In this document: positions 15,895 to 25,108 of the stretch, piece by piece
Layout of the letters: the number at the start of each line of letters is the position of its first letter
How positions within the stretch are numbered: the stretch's first letter is position 1
NCBI GenBank assembly: GCA_017858255.1
Contig: JAFMBV010000010.1
Location: 1,006 to 65,005 of the forward strand
From: Bacteriovoracaceae bacterium
Lineage (GTDB): Bacteria; Bdellovibrionota; Bacteriovoracia; Bacteriovoracales; Bacteriovoracaceae
Direction of reading: 5' to 3'
Length of the DNA stretch: 64,000 nt
Position numbers and translations under genes: made by a program
The notes under the pieces: generated by a model
Databases searched by the model: none
Told to the model about the DNA's origin: nothing
What the model saw: only the letters and a program-made list of their open reading frames with translations

Positions 15895-18012
15895 TTATTT
15901 CTTTGGAATAGGCTCTACTGCTTTAATCGAAAGTTTGAGGCGTCCCATACGGTCAACTTCAATAACTTTAACTTTTACAGTATCTCCTTCTGCAAGGTAT
16001 TCAGCGACATCATTCACACGATCTTCAGAAATTTCAGATACGTGAACTAGCCCACTAACACCTGGAACGATATCAACGAAGGCACCATACTCTTTAAGAG
16101 TAACAACCTTTGCATCATATACTGTACCAACAGCTGGACCATTAATTTGAAGTTGAATAAAAGAAACACAGTCTTTAAGAGCTTGAGTATCTGTACCAAG
16201 AACCTTAACAGTTCCATCTTCCTCAACTTCCATTGTCACGCCGTAATCTTCTTGAGTCTGCTTGATGTTTTTCCCACCAGGACCAATAAGAGCACCAATT
16301 TTATCCGTTGGAATCTTTGTAGTCTCAATTCTTGGAACACCCTCTTTGAATTCACCACGTTCTGAAGAAATCGTCTTCGCCATTTCTTCAAGAATATGTA
16401 GACGACCTTCACGTGCTTGTGCCATCGCCTTCTCAACGATTTCACGAGTAAGACCAGTAATCTTAATATCCATTTGAATCGCTGTTACACCTTCCGCTGT
16501 TCCAGCAACTTTAAAGTCCATGTCACCAAGGTGATCTTCGTCACCAAGAATGTCCGTTAAAATTTTATAACGATCACCTTCTGTAATAAGACCCATTGCA
16601 ATACCTGCAACAGGAGCCTTAAGAGGAACGCCAGCATCCATTAATGCCATAGAGGCAGAACAAACTGAGCCCATAGAAGAAGAACCGTTAGATTCTAGAA
16701 CTTCACAGACAACTCTAGTTGTATAAGGAAAGTCAGTTGGCATTACCGCTTTAACACCACGTTCAGCCAAGTTTCCATGACCTAGTTCACGACGACCAAC
16801 ACCTCTTACACCACGGGCTTCACCAACAGAATAAGGAGGAAAGTTATAATGAAGATAGAACTTATCGTAACTAATACCAACAATACGATCATTCATTTGC
16901 TCACCAGCACCACCACCGATTGTAACAGCAGCAATAACTTGAGTTTCACCTCTAGTGAAAAGTGAAGAACCGTGTGGAGTATTAAGAACTGAAGTTTCCG
17001 TTTCGATATCGCGAACTTCATTTAGTTTACGGCCACCAATACGTTTTTCTTCGTTAAGAATATCCCCTCTCATCATATTATAGAGAAGTTCATCCACTCC
17101 TTTGTAGGCTTCACGACCAAATGAATCACCTTCTGAAAGACCAAATGCTCCAGGGTTATCGGCCATGGCAGCTTTAACTTTTGTTTCAACTGCTTTTACA
17201 GCATGTTGTCTTTCGAGCTTATCAACAATAGTCACGGCAGCACGAGCTTCCCCTGCATAGTCAGCAGTAATCTTTTCAACCATTGTTTCGTTGGCAGCAG
17301 CAGAAATGAATTCACGTTTAGTTTTTCCAACTTCTTCGCGAACTTTTTCCATAAGGCTTACATAATCGCGGATATTGTCATGAGCAAACCAGATAGCTTC
17401 TAGAACATCTTTTTCAGGAGCAATCTCTGCTTCACCTTCAACCATTAAAATTGCATCTTTAGAGGCTGCAACAGTGATCTCCATATCGGACTCTTCCCAC
17501 TGCTCAATGCTTGGGTTAAGAACAAATTCGCCACCAATACGACCAACTTTACAAGTACCAATAGGACCAGCAAAAGGAATATCAGAAATTGTTAACGCTG
17601 CAGATGCACCTAGAGAAGCTAAAACCTCAGGGTCTCCACCTTTTCCATAAGACATAACAGTACAAGAAACAACAGTTTCAAACATATATCCATTAGGAAA
17701 TAAAGGTCTTAAAGGACGATCGATCAAGCGAGCGTTTAATGTCTCAGGATCTGTTGGGCGACCTTCACGTTTTCTAAAACCACCGAGGAACTTACCGGCA
17801 GCATAAAACTTTTCAGTGTATTCCACTAGTAGTGGGAAAAAGTCTTGTCCGTCTTTCATTTGTCTTGCAGAACAAACAGTCACGAGAACTTGAGTTCCTT
17901 CAGAGCTTACAAGAACTGAACCATCGGCTTGCTTGGCCATACGTCCAGTCTCAATCGTTACTTCTTTGCCGCCAAAATTTAGCGACCATACTTTTTTGTT
18001 TTCGTTCATCAC
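15895..18012 (-). CDS. pnp: Polyribonucleotide nucleotidyltransferase (PNPase)
   Basis: 705 aa with two RNase PH domains, KH ('IGALIGPGGKNIK') and S1 ('GAFVDIVPGVSGLVHVSE'). GTG at 18012 or ATG at 18009, behind RBS AAGGAG. Confidence 0.97.
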   Translation of the reverse strand: MMNENKKVWSLNFGGKEVTIETGRMAKQADGSVLVSSEGTQVLVTVCSARQMKDGQDFFPLLVEYTEKFYAAGKFLGGFRKREGRPTDPETLNARLIDRPLRPLFPNGYMFETVVSCTVMSYGKGGDPEVLASLGASAALTISDIPFAGPIGTCKVGRIGGEFVLNPSIEQWEESDMEITVAASKDAILMVEGEAEIAPEKDVLEAIWFAHDNIRDYVSLMEKVREEVGKTKREFISAAANETMVEKITADYAGEARAAVTIVDKLERQHAVKAVETKVKAAMADNPGAFGLSEGDSFGREAYKGVDELLYNMMRGDILNEEKRIGGRKLNEVRDIETETSVLNTPHGSSLFTRGETQVIAAVTIGGGAGEQMNDRIVGISYDKFYLHYNFPPYSVGEARGVRGVGRRELGHGNLAERGVKAVMPTDFPYTTRVVCEVLESNGSSSMGSVCSASMALMDAGVPLKAPVAGIAMGLITEGDRYKILTDILGDEDHLGDMDFKVAGTAEGVTAIQMDIKITGLTREIVEKAMAQAREGRLHILEEMAKTISSERGEFKEGVPRIETTKIPTDKIGALIGPGGKNIKQTQEDYGVTMEVEEDGTVKVLGTDTQALKDCVSFIQLQINGPAVGTVYDAKVVTLKEYGAFVDIVPGVSGLVHVSEISEDRVNDVAEYLAEGDTVKVKVIEVDRMGRLKLSIKAVEPIPKK

Positions 18013-18158
18013 GAAATCTCCTTAAATAGTGATGCCGTAAAGGACTGAACCTTTTTAAAAGGCACCACCGTGTTAATTAATATTTGATAGGTAGGAATTC
18101 TGGGCCTGGGTCGTAACAAAAACCTTCCCCTTAGACCTAAGGTGAGAGCTTCCAGGAC

Positions 18159-18228
18159 GGATTCAAAGAATATTTCAAAGTTTAAAAACAGTTAAGATGT
18201 TTTAAACCTTCAAATATCCCTTGATTCC
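18159..18228 (-). promoter_or_regulatory. Long imperfect hairpin in the pnp 5' leader (candidate RNase III/autoregulation site)
   Basis: GGATTCAA...ATATTTCAAAGTTTAAAA pairs with TTTTAAACCTTCAAATAT...TTGATTCC. One mismatch becomes a G-U pair only on the minus-strand transcript. Confidence 0.35.
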
Positions 18229-18300
18229 TATCAGCTCCTTACCTATCTTGCCAAAATCATTATAAATTTAAATCTTTGCCTTGTTAATAGTAAAAAAGGC

Positions 18301-18326
18301 AAAAAAAAAGGAGGCTAAAGCCTCCT
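18301..18326 (-). terminator. Intrinsic terminator/attenuator after rpsO
   Basis: On the minus strand, GGAGGC-ttta-GCCTCC is followed by nine U, directly after the rpsO stop. Confidence 0.75.
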
Positions 18327-18334
18327 TTTCGCTT

Positions 18335-18613
18335 TTATTTTCTAAGACCTAGGTCCTGAATTACTAACTTATAATTTTGTTCACTTGTTCTTTTTAAGTA
18401 CTTAAGAAGAGAACGACGACGACCAATAAGCTTAAGTAGACCACGGTTTGAATGGTAATCATGCTTATTTGCAGCGAAATGATCTTTAAGACCATTGATT
18501 CTCTCAGTCATGATAGCAACCTGAACTGCTGTACAACCGGCGTCTTTTTCACTGGAACCATACTTTCCGCCAAATGTTTTGATAACTTCGGCTTTTTTCT
18601 CTGTTGAAATCAT
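18335..18613 (-). CDS. rpsO: 30S ribosomal protein S15
   Basis: Start moved to the ATG at 18613 (RBS AAGGAG). 'HDYHSNRGLLKLIGRRRSLLKYL' is the S15 signature. Located upstream of pnp, as in most bacteria. Confidence 0.93.
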   Translation of the reverse strand: MISTEKKAEVIKTFGGKYGSSEKDAGCTAVQVAIMTERINGLKDHFAANKHDYHSNRGLLKLIGRRRSLLKYLKRTSEQNYKLVIQDLGLRK

Positions 18614-18687
18614 TTTTGCTCCTTCACAAACCCTCGCGGTAGCTTTAACCACTTGCGGGGCGATAAAATCCTTAAGAATTCGGCAAT

Positions 18688-19752
18688 TTACCGAATATAC
18701 TCACCCATGTAAACCTTTAAATTTTTCATTAACCTTTCTTCAATCTGACGCACCCGTTCACGACTAATACCATAATCATCTCCAATACTTTGTAGACTCG
18801 GTGGAACCTCACTAAGTAGCCGTTTTTTAAAGATATCCTTATCCCTTTCTTTGAGATTATCTACGAAGTCTTTGAGGTGCTCCTGTAAAAGCTCAAGGGA
18901 CTGACTCTCCTCAACCAACTCTTCAGGTCCTAGTCCGCCATATTCCAGAAATTGACCATAGCTGCCACTACCTTCATCTCCAACTGGAGTGTCTATACTA
19001 ACCTCGCCACCACTTTGAGGATCAAGTCGCTTGTCCATAGTGATAACAGATTTCTCACTTACTCCTAAACTCTCAGAGATTGTTTTGGCATCGGGCTTAA
19101 TACCCTGTGACTCCAGACGTCCTTTTTCTTTCATTAAGTTAAAGAAGAGCTTTTTCTGCTCATTAGTGGTGCCAATCTTAACAAGACGAAAGTTGTCCAA
19201 AATGAATTTTAGGACATAAGAGCGTATCCACCAACTAGCGTAATACGACAACTTTGCGCCTTTATCAGGATCATATTTTGAAACGGCTTTCATAAGGCCG
19301 ATATTACCTTCCTGGATAAGGTCCATCGTATTTTGCCACGCCGTTTTATATTCCATAGCGATTTTTACAACTAAACGAAGGTTTCCAACGACTAGTTTCT
19401 TGGCAACATCGACATCACCTGTCTCTACAAGGGCTTTTGTGAGTGCCTTTTCTTGCTCCTCAGATAATAGAGGGTAGCGACTTATTTCGCGCATATAGGC
19501 CGTTAGAGGGTCTTTACTCTTAGCAGAATCGAAAGGAACGAGGTCACTACTACCCTCTAATGATATAAGGGCCTTTGAAATTTTCTCAATTTCTTCTTCA
19601 AGTTCGTCAAAAACACCTGAGCTATCGGGAGAATTTACTTCAATAACCACATCGTCATTATCGCTATCAATATCAGTATAAAGCTCAGTTTTCTCCGCCT
19701 TCTCCGCTTCGAGAACTTCTCCTTCTAAAGAATGTGATTTTTTCTTGGCCAT
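18688..19752 (-). CDS. rpoH: RpoH-type (sigma-32-like) RNA polymerase sigma factor with an acidic N-terminal extension
   Basis: Region 2 'DLIQEGNIGLMKAVSKYD'. RpoH box 'RLVKIGTTNEQKKLFFNLMK' (E. coli: [20 protein letters not shown]). Region 4 'ISRERVRQIEERLMKNL'. Roughly the first 70-90 aa are Asp/Glu-rich. Confidence 0.85.
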   Translation of the reverse strand: MAKKKSHSLEGEVLEAEKAEKTELYTDIDSDNDDVVIEVNSPDSSGVFDELEEEIEKISKALISLEGSSDLVPFDSAKSKDPLTAYMREISRYPLLSEEQEKALTKALVETGDVDVAKKLVVGNLRLVVKIAMEYKTAWQNTMDLIQEGNIGLMKAVSKYDPDKGAKLSYYASWWIRSYVLKFILDNFRLVKIGTTNEQKKLFFNLMKEKGRLESQGIKPDAKTISESLGVSEKSVITMDKRLDPQSGGEVSIDTPVGDEGSGSYGQFLEYGGLGPEELVEESQSLELLQEHLKDFVDNLKERDKDIFKKRLLSEVPPSLQSIGDDYGISRERVRQIEERLMKNLKVYMGEYIR

Positions 19753-19814
19753 AAATTAGACTCTAAATAAACCCATTAAAATTAATTCGGATTATAACAC
19801 GAGGAAGGTCATCC

Positions 19815-21590
19815 TCAAAGCCTCAGAGATCTCAACTTTTGTAGATCACTGACTACATCACCTTGATTTTTCTTGATAATATAACGATCCCGCATATGGC
19901 GAAGAGCGAAAATACCATAATTAATATAAACAGGAACTTCGATTAGTCCTGAGACATCTTTTAAAAAGAAGTCGCCTTCATAAGTTGTCAGCTGATCAAG
20001 AAGTTCGACCACAATCAGTTCATCAATTTTGGTAGAAATGGGAACGACAGGATAGCCAGCGACAAGGGTTGCAACCTGATCCTCCACCATCTTACGAAAA
20101 GGAATTTTTATTCTTTCTGCTTGTTTTAGGTCTTTGCCCTGATCAATGGACTTCCACTTCTCCCGTGCCCACTTAAGAAACTTCTTAGAAAAGGTAAGCT
20201 TCATTTTTGTACGCAGCTTTCCAACGATACTGATCACTCGATCAAATTCACCTTGGTTGATATCCAGCTCTACGGAAAATTCGGGTTTAAATTTTCGAAA
20301 ATATAACTCTGACTCCACAACCTGAATTTTCAGAGGTTCTTCATAGGCCAAGGCCTTCTTAAAGGTATTTTTTTGAGTACTTGCCCAAAAGTCCCATGCG
20401 CGATCCATCGAACTTCTCAATAACTCTTTTAAATTAGAAAACTTTGGTGATTGAACTAAGAAGTCTGGTACACCTGTGGCCAGAGAAATAAATTGACCTA
20501 CAAGTAGATTTTGCTCGTCAAAAGTAATGGATTTAACTTTTTTTACAATTTGAGGCACTTGAAATTTGATTAAATAGTCAGCATCCCGAAACTCATTACA
20601 ATAGAGCCTCTTGAAATCATTACCAATACTTGTGCTACCGACACTTCGAGGAGTAAGGCGCAAGAAATTTTCCAAATTAGATTTACGACAAATAAGATTT
20701 TGACAACTAACTCGAACAGCTTGACTAGATTTCTCTATCGCTGGCTTATTCAATTCATCTACCCATGAGAGAGCATTACCGCTCAATTCTCTTACGACCA
20801 TAGAAGAGATAACCGGACTCCTCAAAAGAGGCACCAGAAGTCCATAATTTGCAGGATCGTTCCCCCAAGAACAGGCACTTTTAAAGAGCTCCACGGTCCA
20901 GGCAAATTCATTCTTTCTTGCTGAAACTCGAGACTCACTTCTTGCCAGTTTTTCAGGAAAGTAAGGGTTCCCTTTAATACTTGGTAATTTTATATTACTT
21001 GGGCGATCATACCTCTGAATCATATTCAGTCTAAGTTGCTTAAGAGAGACTGTAGTTAAATTCTGACTACAAGAGTTTGAGATAAGCCCATCAACAAGAT
21101 TGTTATAATCATCTTTTTCAAACTCAAAATATTTGGCATATAGGGGTAAATAATGACTCGTTAAATCCAAAACTAAGTATTGAAGAGTGGCCAGGAACGC
21201 TCTTTTCGCCTGAAGTTTCTCACTAGGTATAGCAAAATTAATTTTTGGTCTTTCTTTACATATGTTATCGAGGTTATAGCCTTCCTCGATAAAGCCACGG
21301 TAAAGACCAAGCTTGATTCGCGCCCGTAAAAGATCTTTCTTAGAGACATTACTCTCTAAAGTTATACCTATGGGATTCTTTAGTACCCCTGAGTTGACGA
21401 CACTTTGTTCGTAGCGAAGAAAGAGGCCTTCAATAGGATCAGATCCTTCCACGGTGCTTTGTTGGGCGTAGTTTCCTAGCAATACATTCTCAAGTGGAAT
21501 TAAGGCAAACGCGGATTTCCCTTGGATAAAAAGTCCAAGCAAAAAGAGTCCTATAATAGGCGGTAAATTTTTCCGACGAAGGCTCATCAT
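19815..21590 (-). CDS. Exported protein of unknown function
   Basis: Start moved to the ATG at 21590 (RBS GGAG). Signal peptide 'IIGLFLLGLFIQGKSAFA'. About 590 aa with no motif I recognise. Confidence 0.55.
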   Translation of the reverse strand: MMSLRRKNLPPIIGLFLLGLFIQGKSAFALIPLENVLLGNYAQQSTVEGSDPIEGLFLRYEQSVVNSGVLKNPIGITLESNVSKKDLLRARIKLGLYRGFIEEGYNLDNICKERPKINFAIPSEKLQAKRAFLATLQYLVLDLTSHYLPLYAKYFEFEKDDYNNLVDGLISNSCSQNLTTVSLKQLRLNMIQRYDRPSNIKLPSIKGNPYFPEKLARSESRVSARKNEFAWTVELFKSACSWGNDPANYGLLVPLLRSPVISSMVVRELSGNALSWVDELNKPAIEKSSQAVRVSCQNLICRKSNLENFLRLTPRSVGSTSIGNDFKRLYCNEFRDADYLIKFQVPQIVKKVKSITFDEQNLLVGQFISLATGVPDFLVQSPKFSNLKELLRSSMDRAWDFWASTQKNTFKKALAYEEPLKIQVVESELYFRKFKPEFSVELDINQGEFDRVISIVGKLRTKMKLTFSKKFLKWAREKWKSIDQGKDLKQAERIKIPFRKMVEDQVATLVAGYPVVPISTKIDELIVVELLDQLTTYEGDFFLKDVSGLIEVPVYINYGIFALRHMRDRYIIKKNQGDVVSDLQKLRSLRL

Positions 21591-21639
21591 AATATCTCCA
21601 ACCTTAAGCTTTTCGGCACAACTCACCGAAAAAGCACGT

Positions 21640-23061
21640 ATGAGTATTGGAAATAACTATAATGGAAAAATATTCCTGATTATCTACGCTTATATGATGA
21701 GCGCACTTCTATGGGCGACCCCCCAAGACCTAGTTCCCTTAACATTTGATAAGGATTGGTCATATTACTCTGACGGGGAAGTAGATGCTTACAAAATTAA
21801 AAGAGAATATGATGAAAAAAAGCTCACCATCTTTGCATTACAACAGGCAAAGAAAGGCATAATAAATGGTGATTTAGAACTCGCAAAATTCTTCCTTACT
21901 AAGGTCAGTGAACGTCGCTCAAGTTTAGGCCTTATCAAACGCCGTTATCAATCAATCATTATGTTCATTGAGGGAAAATATACAGAATCCCTAAATTTGA
22001 TATCTTCCGAAAGATATAACAACAAAAATAATTATCGACAGGTATGTTTACTAAGAATTCTCAATTTAGTGGCCCTAGATAAAATTGATCAACTTATTGA
22101 AGAAGTAGGAAGTTGCCAAAACCTTACTCTTGAATACAGTACTTCAAATCAATTTTGGCTGACTCAATTAACCAGAATTAAAAGTAAAAATGAGGATTTA
22201 TTAAAAGGTAACTTAATCGAGAACTTAAGAAATGCTCTAGGATCAATTGAATTTACAGAAATATGGATGAAGATGGCCCTCTTTTTAAATAAAGAAGAGA
22301 TTATTATTAAATACGTGGCCACCTTCCCTCCTGCTGTTTATCGTTCAAAAAAAGTTAGGGAACTTATAGGTTTCGCCTATTATCGACTAGGCCAAAAAGA
22401 AAAGGCTTTAGAGTTCATAGAAGATATAGAATCTCCAAACACAGACAATATTCGCGGAAATATCAATTTATTAGAAGGTAAGTACGAATTAGCCTTTGGA
22501 CACTTTAAATTGGCCTTAAAGAAAAAGGAAAATTCCCAAAATGCTCTCCAACGGGCCATCCCTATCGCCTATACTTTAGGTTTATGGGATGATGGACTAA
22601 AGATGATCAAACGAATCGTTGGTAATGATCTTAATGAAAGAAGAAAAATCACCTTAGAAACACTATTTTTAATAAGAAGAAATGATCTTAAAACGGCCCA
22701 GGAGAACCTTTTATATCTAGAAGATCTCTACAATAACAATTTTCCAAGAGAAATTAACTTAATGAACTCTTATGTGGCCTTACGAAATGGGGAAAATGAG
22801 AGACTAGAGAAGGCCTCTGGAGAGGCCTGTGTTAATTATGATGGTCTTAATTGTTGGTTAAATCTACAAGTTATACACTGGGAAAATATTGGTCTAACCA
22901 TTAATCGTGATGAAGACACACTCGTATTAGATAATTTCGATATAGAGAGTTTAAAACAAGTAAAGACCAAGGACCCCCTTAAAGAAAGTGTCTTTGTCGA
23001 TCAGAGGGATATCGAAGAGCTTGATCGCGAACAAATCACCATTGACCCTCGCAAGAACTAA
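21640..23061 (+). CDS. Exported TPR-like repeat protein of unknown function
   Basis: Hydrophobic N terminus. Repeated helical-pair segments, for example 'YYRLGQKEKALEFIEDI' and 'LLEGKYELAFGHFKLALKK'. Confidence 0.5.
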   Translation: MSIGNNYNGKIFLIIYAYMMSALLWATPQDLVPLTFDKDWSYYSDGEVDAYKIKREYDEKKLTIFALQQAKKGIINGDLELAKFFLTKVSERRSSLGLIKRRYQSIIMFIEGKYTESLNLISSERYNNKNNYRQVCLLRILNLVALDKIDQLIEEVGSCQNLTLEYSTSNQFWLTQLTRIKSKNEDLLKGNLIENLRNALGSIEFTEIWMKMALFLNKEEIIIKYVATFPPAVYRSKKVRELIGFAYYRLGQKEKALEFIEDIESPNTDNIRGNINLLEGKYELAFGHFKLALKKKENSQNALQRAIPIAYTLGLWDDGLKMIKRIVGNDLNERRKITLETLFLIRRNDLKTAQENLLYLEDLYNNNFPREINLMNSYVALRNGENERLEKASGEACVNYDGLNCWLNLQVIHWENIGLTINRDEDTLVLDNFDIESLKQVKTKDPLKESVFVDQRDIEELDREQITIDPRKN

Positions 23062-24962
23062 AAATAAGAAGAGATTCCTAAATGAAGGCCACTTGAAGAA
23101 CGAGAAACATCCGCCTTATAGACCTGTGATGTCCCTTCAACATTATAAGATTCACTTATGCCTTGCAAACCAAATGAAAGAATATACTTTTGAGAAAGCC
23201 AGTACCTCATCCTTGCAAAATAATTCACATTGAGACCAAGTCCGTTGAGTTTATGATCTCCTGTCGTCTTGGAAAGATTCGTTCCAAGAAAGAAACCTGT
23301 ATCAAGAGAAAAGCGACCAGACTTGATTAAAGAACCTTCAATTCCGGTCACAAACTTTGGAATTGTAACCCTAATAAAAGAACTTGTTGTCCCAGAGGTG
23401 CTCGAAACATGATGCAAGAAGTATTGCTGATCAAGGTTTGCCCTAGCAATAGCATTCCACCTTGGATTTAGTGAGTACTTTAATCCAACTGAGAGGGAGT
23501 TCATCGCTGTGCCTGTTTGAGAAATGGATGTTCCTCTTTGAGATTCTGGAATTGTTAGGCTCCTAAAAGTAAAACTTGTTGTTGGCTGCCACCGTGAACC
23601 TGAAGCGTAGTCCAGAGAAAGAGTGACGTCTCTTGTTGATTCACTAATATATTCTCTATTTGAACCAAGAAAGGTGTCTTTTTCCTGACGAATCGTTTGA
23701 GTATAAGGCTCTAGATTTAAGGAAAAAACATTTTTAGAGATAAGCTCTCGACTACTAAGTGGCCGAAAGGAGCCTTCAACAGTTTCGGAGTGGCCTTTCC
23801 CCGTAATAACATCCTGAGAGAGAGATCTATTCAGAAGTTTTTTATTTTCCGAGACTCTCGCCACAAATTCAGCAGGAGCATTTTTTTTCAGCCTTTGAGA
23901 AACAAAGCCCTTTTTCGCATCAAGGTCAATTCCGATAGGCGGAACATAATTTCCCGTATCCTTATCAATCTCACCAATATTCTGTGCGTAATAGACTTTA
24001 TTTTTCTGATCAAAAAGAGAGTCCGCTGATGGAGCAATATAAAGACCTGTTGTTCGATCTATGAAGCCTCCAGACTTGGGCGCATAAAGTTTTTTTTCAA
24101 GATCATAAATGCCTTCGAGAGGAACATCTTGATCAGCTGGAGTAAGAGACAACCTTGCCGTTGATGAATCTAAATTTGCTGAATTTACCTTATTTCTAGG
24201 CTTCTCAGCGAACTCACGATTAGCATATAGAGCATTTAATTGAACGGGAGAAATTTTAACGGGCTTACTCATTGAATCGATTTTCTTTACGGTCTGAGAA
24301 AACTGACCTCTTTTCACTAATACCGGATCTTTTTTTAATAGCTCTTCCAGCTCTTTTTCATTTATGGGCTTTAGTGCAGGTTCTTCTTCCAAAATGATTT
24401 TGTTATCAAAGTTTCTAACTACTCTTTTAGCTCTTTTTAAGTTTGTTTTAGAATCATCCTGGCTATCATTAGTTTTTACCATGGCCACTTCCCCAGTATA
24501 GGTAACGAGACTGGTTATCTTATTTTCAGGATTATAAATAGTTTCAAACTCAGTTCCTCTCACACCAACGGCAGAGTTTCTTGTCCTGACATAGAACTTC
24601 TTATTTCCCTCTTGGTTTTGTTTTATGTTGTAGCGAACTTGGCCCTTTAAAAGGTTTATCATTCCATCACCGCTTTTACTCATCTTTGACACAATGGCCT
24701 TTGAATTGGGACCAATGTTGATCATCGAACCATCATCTAATCTCAATTGAACAAAGCTTTTATCATGGGTTAAGATTGAAGCCTCTTCCCTAATCCGCTC
24801 TTTTAAACGAACTGTTCTGGCAAGGCGCTCACCTGGTGCAAGTTGAGTAACCTTTCCTCTGATCTTAATAACTTCTGCAACAAGACGCAGAGAAGTGGCT
24901 TGGAGACTGAAGTTGAGTCCAATAAACAATATAAGTGTCTTACATAGAGACCAAGATTTCAT
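23058..24962 (-). CDS. Exported FecR-domain protein fused to a C-terminal beta-barrel-like domain
   Basis: Signal peptide. The FecR-like core is 'VQLRLDDGSMINIGPNS...LLKGQVRY...VRTRNSAVGVRGTEF'. The C-terminal ~200 aa have alternating strands ending in 'LHLGISSYF' (aromatic terminal residue). Confidence 0.7.
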   Translation of the reverse strand: MKSWSLCKTLILFIGLNFSLQATSLRLVAEVIKIRGKVTQLAPGERLARTVRLKERIREEASILTHDKSFVQLRLDDGSMINIGPNSKAIVSKMSKSGDGMINLLKGQVRYNIKQNQEGNKKFYVRTRNSAVGVRGTEFETIYNPENKITSLVTYTGEVAMVKTNDSQDDSKTNLKRAKRVVRNFDNKIILEEEPALKPINEKELEELLKKDPVLVKRGQFSQTVKKIDSMSKPVKISPVQLNALYANREFAEKPRNKVNSANLDSSTARLSLTPADQDVPLEGIYDLEKKLYAPKSGGFIDRTTGLYIAPSADSLFDQKNKVYYAQNIGEIDKDTGNYVPPIGIDLDAKKGFVSQRLKKNAPAEFVARVSENKKLLNRSLSQDVITGKGHSETVEGSFRPLSSRELISKNVFSLNLEPYTQTIRQEKDTFLGSNREYISESTRDVTLSLDYASGSRWQPTTSFTFRSLTIPESQRGTSISQTGTAMNSLSVGLKYSLNPRWNAIARANLDQQYFLHHVSSTSGTTSSFIRVTIPKFVTGIEGSLIKSGRFSLDTGFFLGTNLSKTTGDHKLNGLGLNVNYFARMRYWLSQKYILSFGLQGISESYNVEGTSQVYKADVSRSSSGLHLGISSYF

Positions 24963-25108
24963 AAGGTAGCTTATTTTATGATTAAGGTTTAGATATTATT
25001 GTGACTGAATCAAGCTTACTGGTCAACGAAAGAAGATGGATCTAAACCGAGCAAATGGCCCAGTATTCGCAAATTGAGGAAACTTCTTTGTGTAAATTTT
25101 AACCATCT

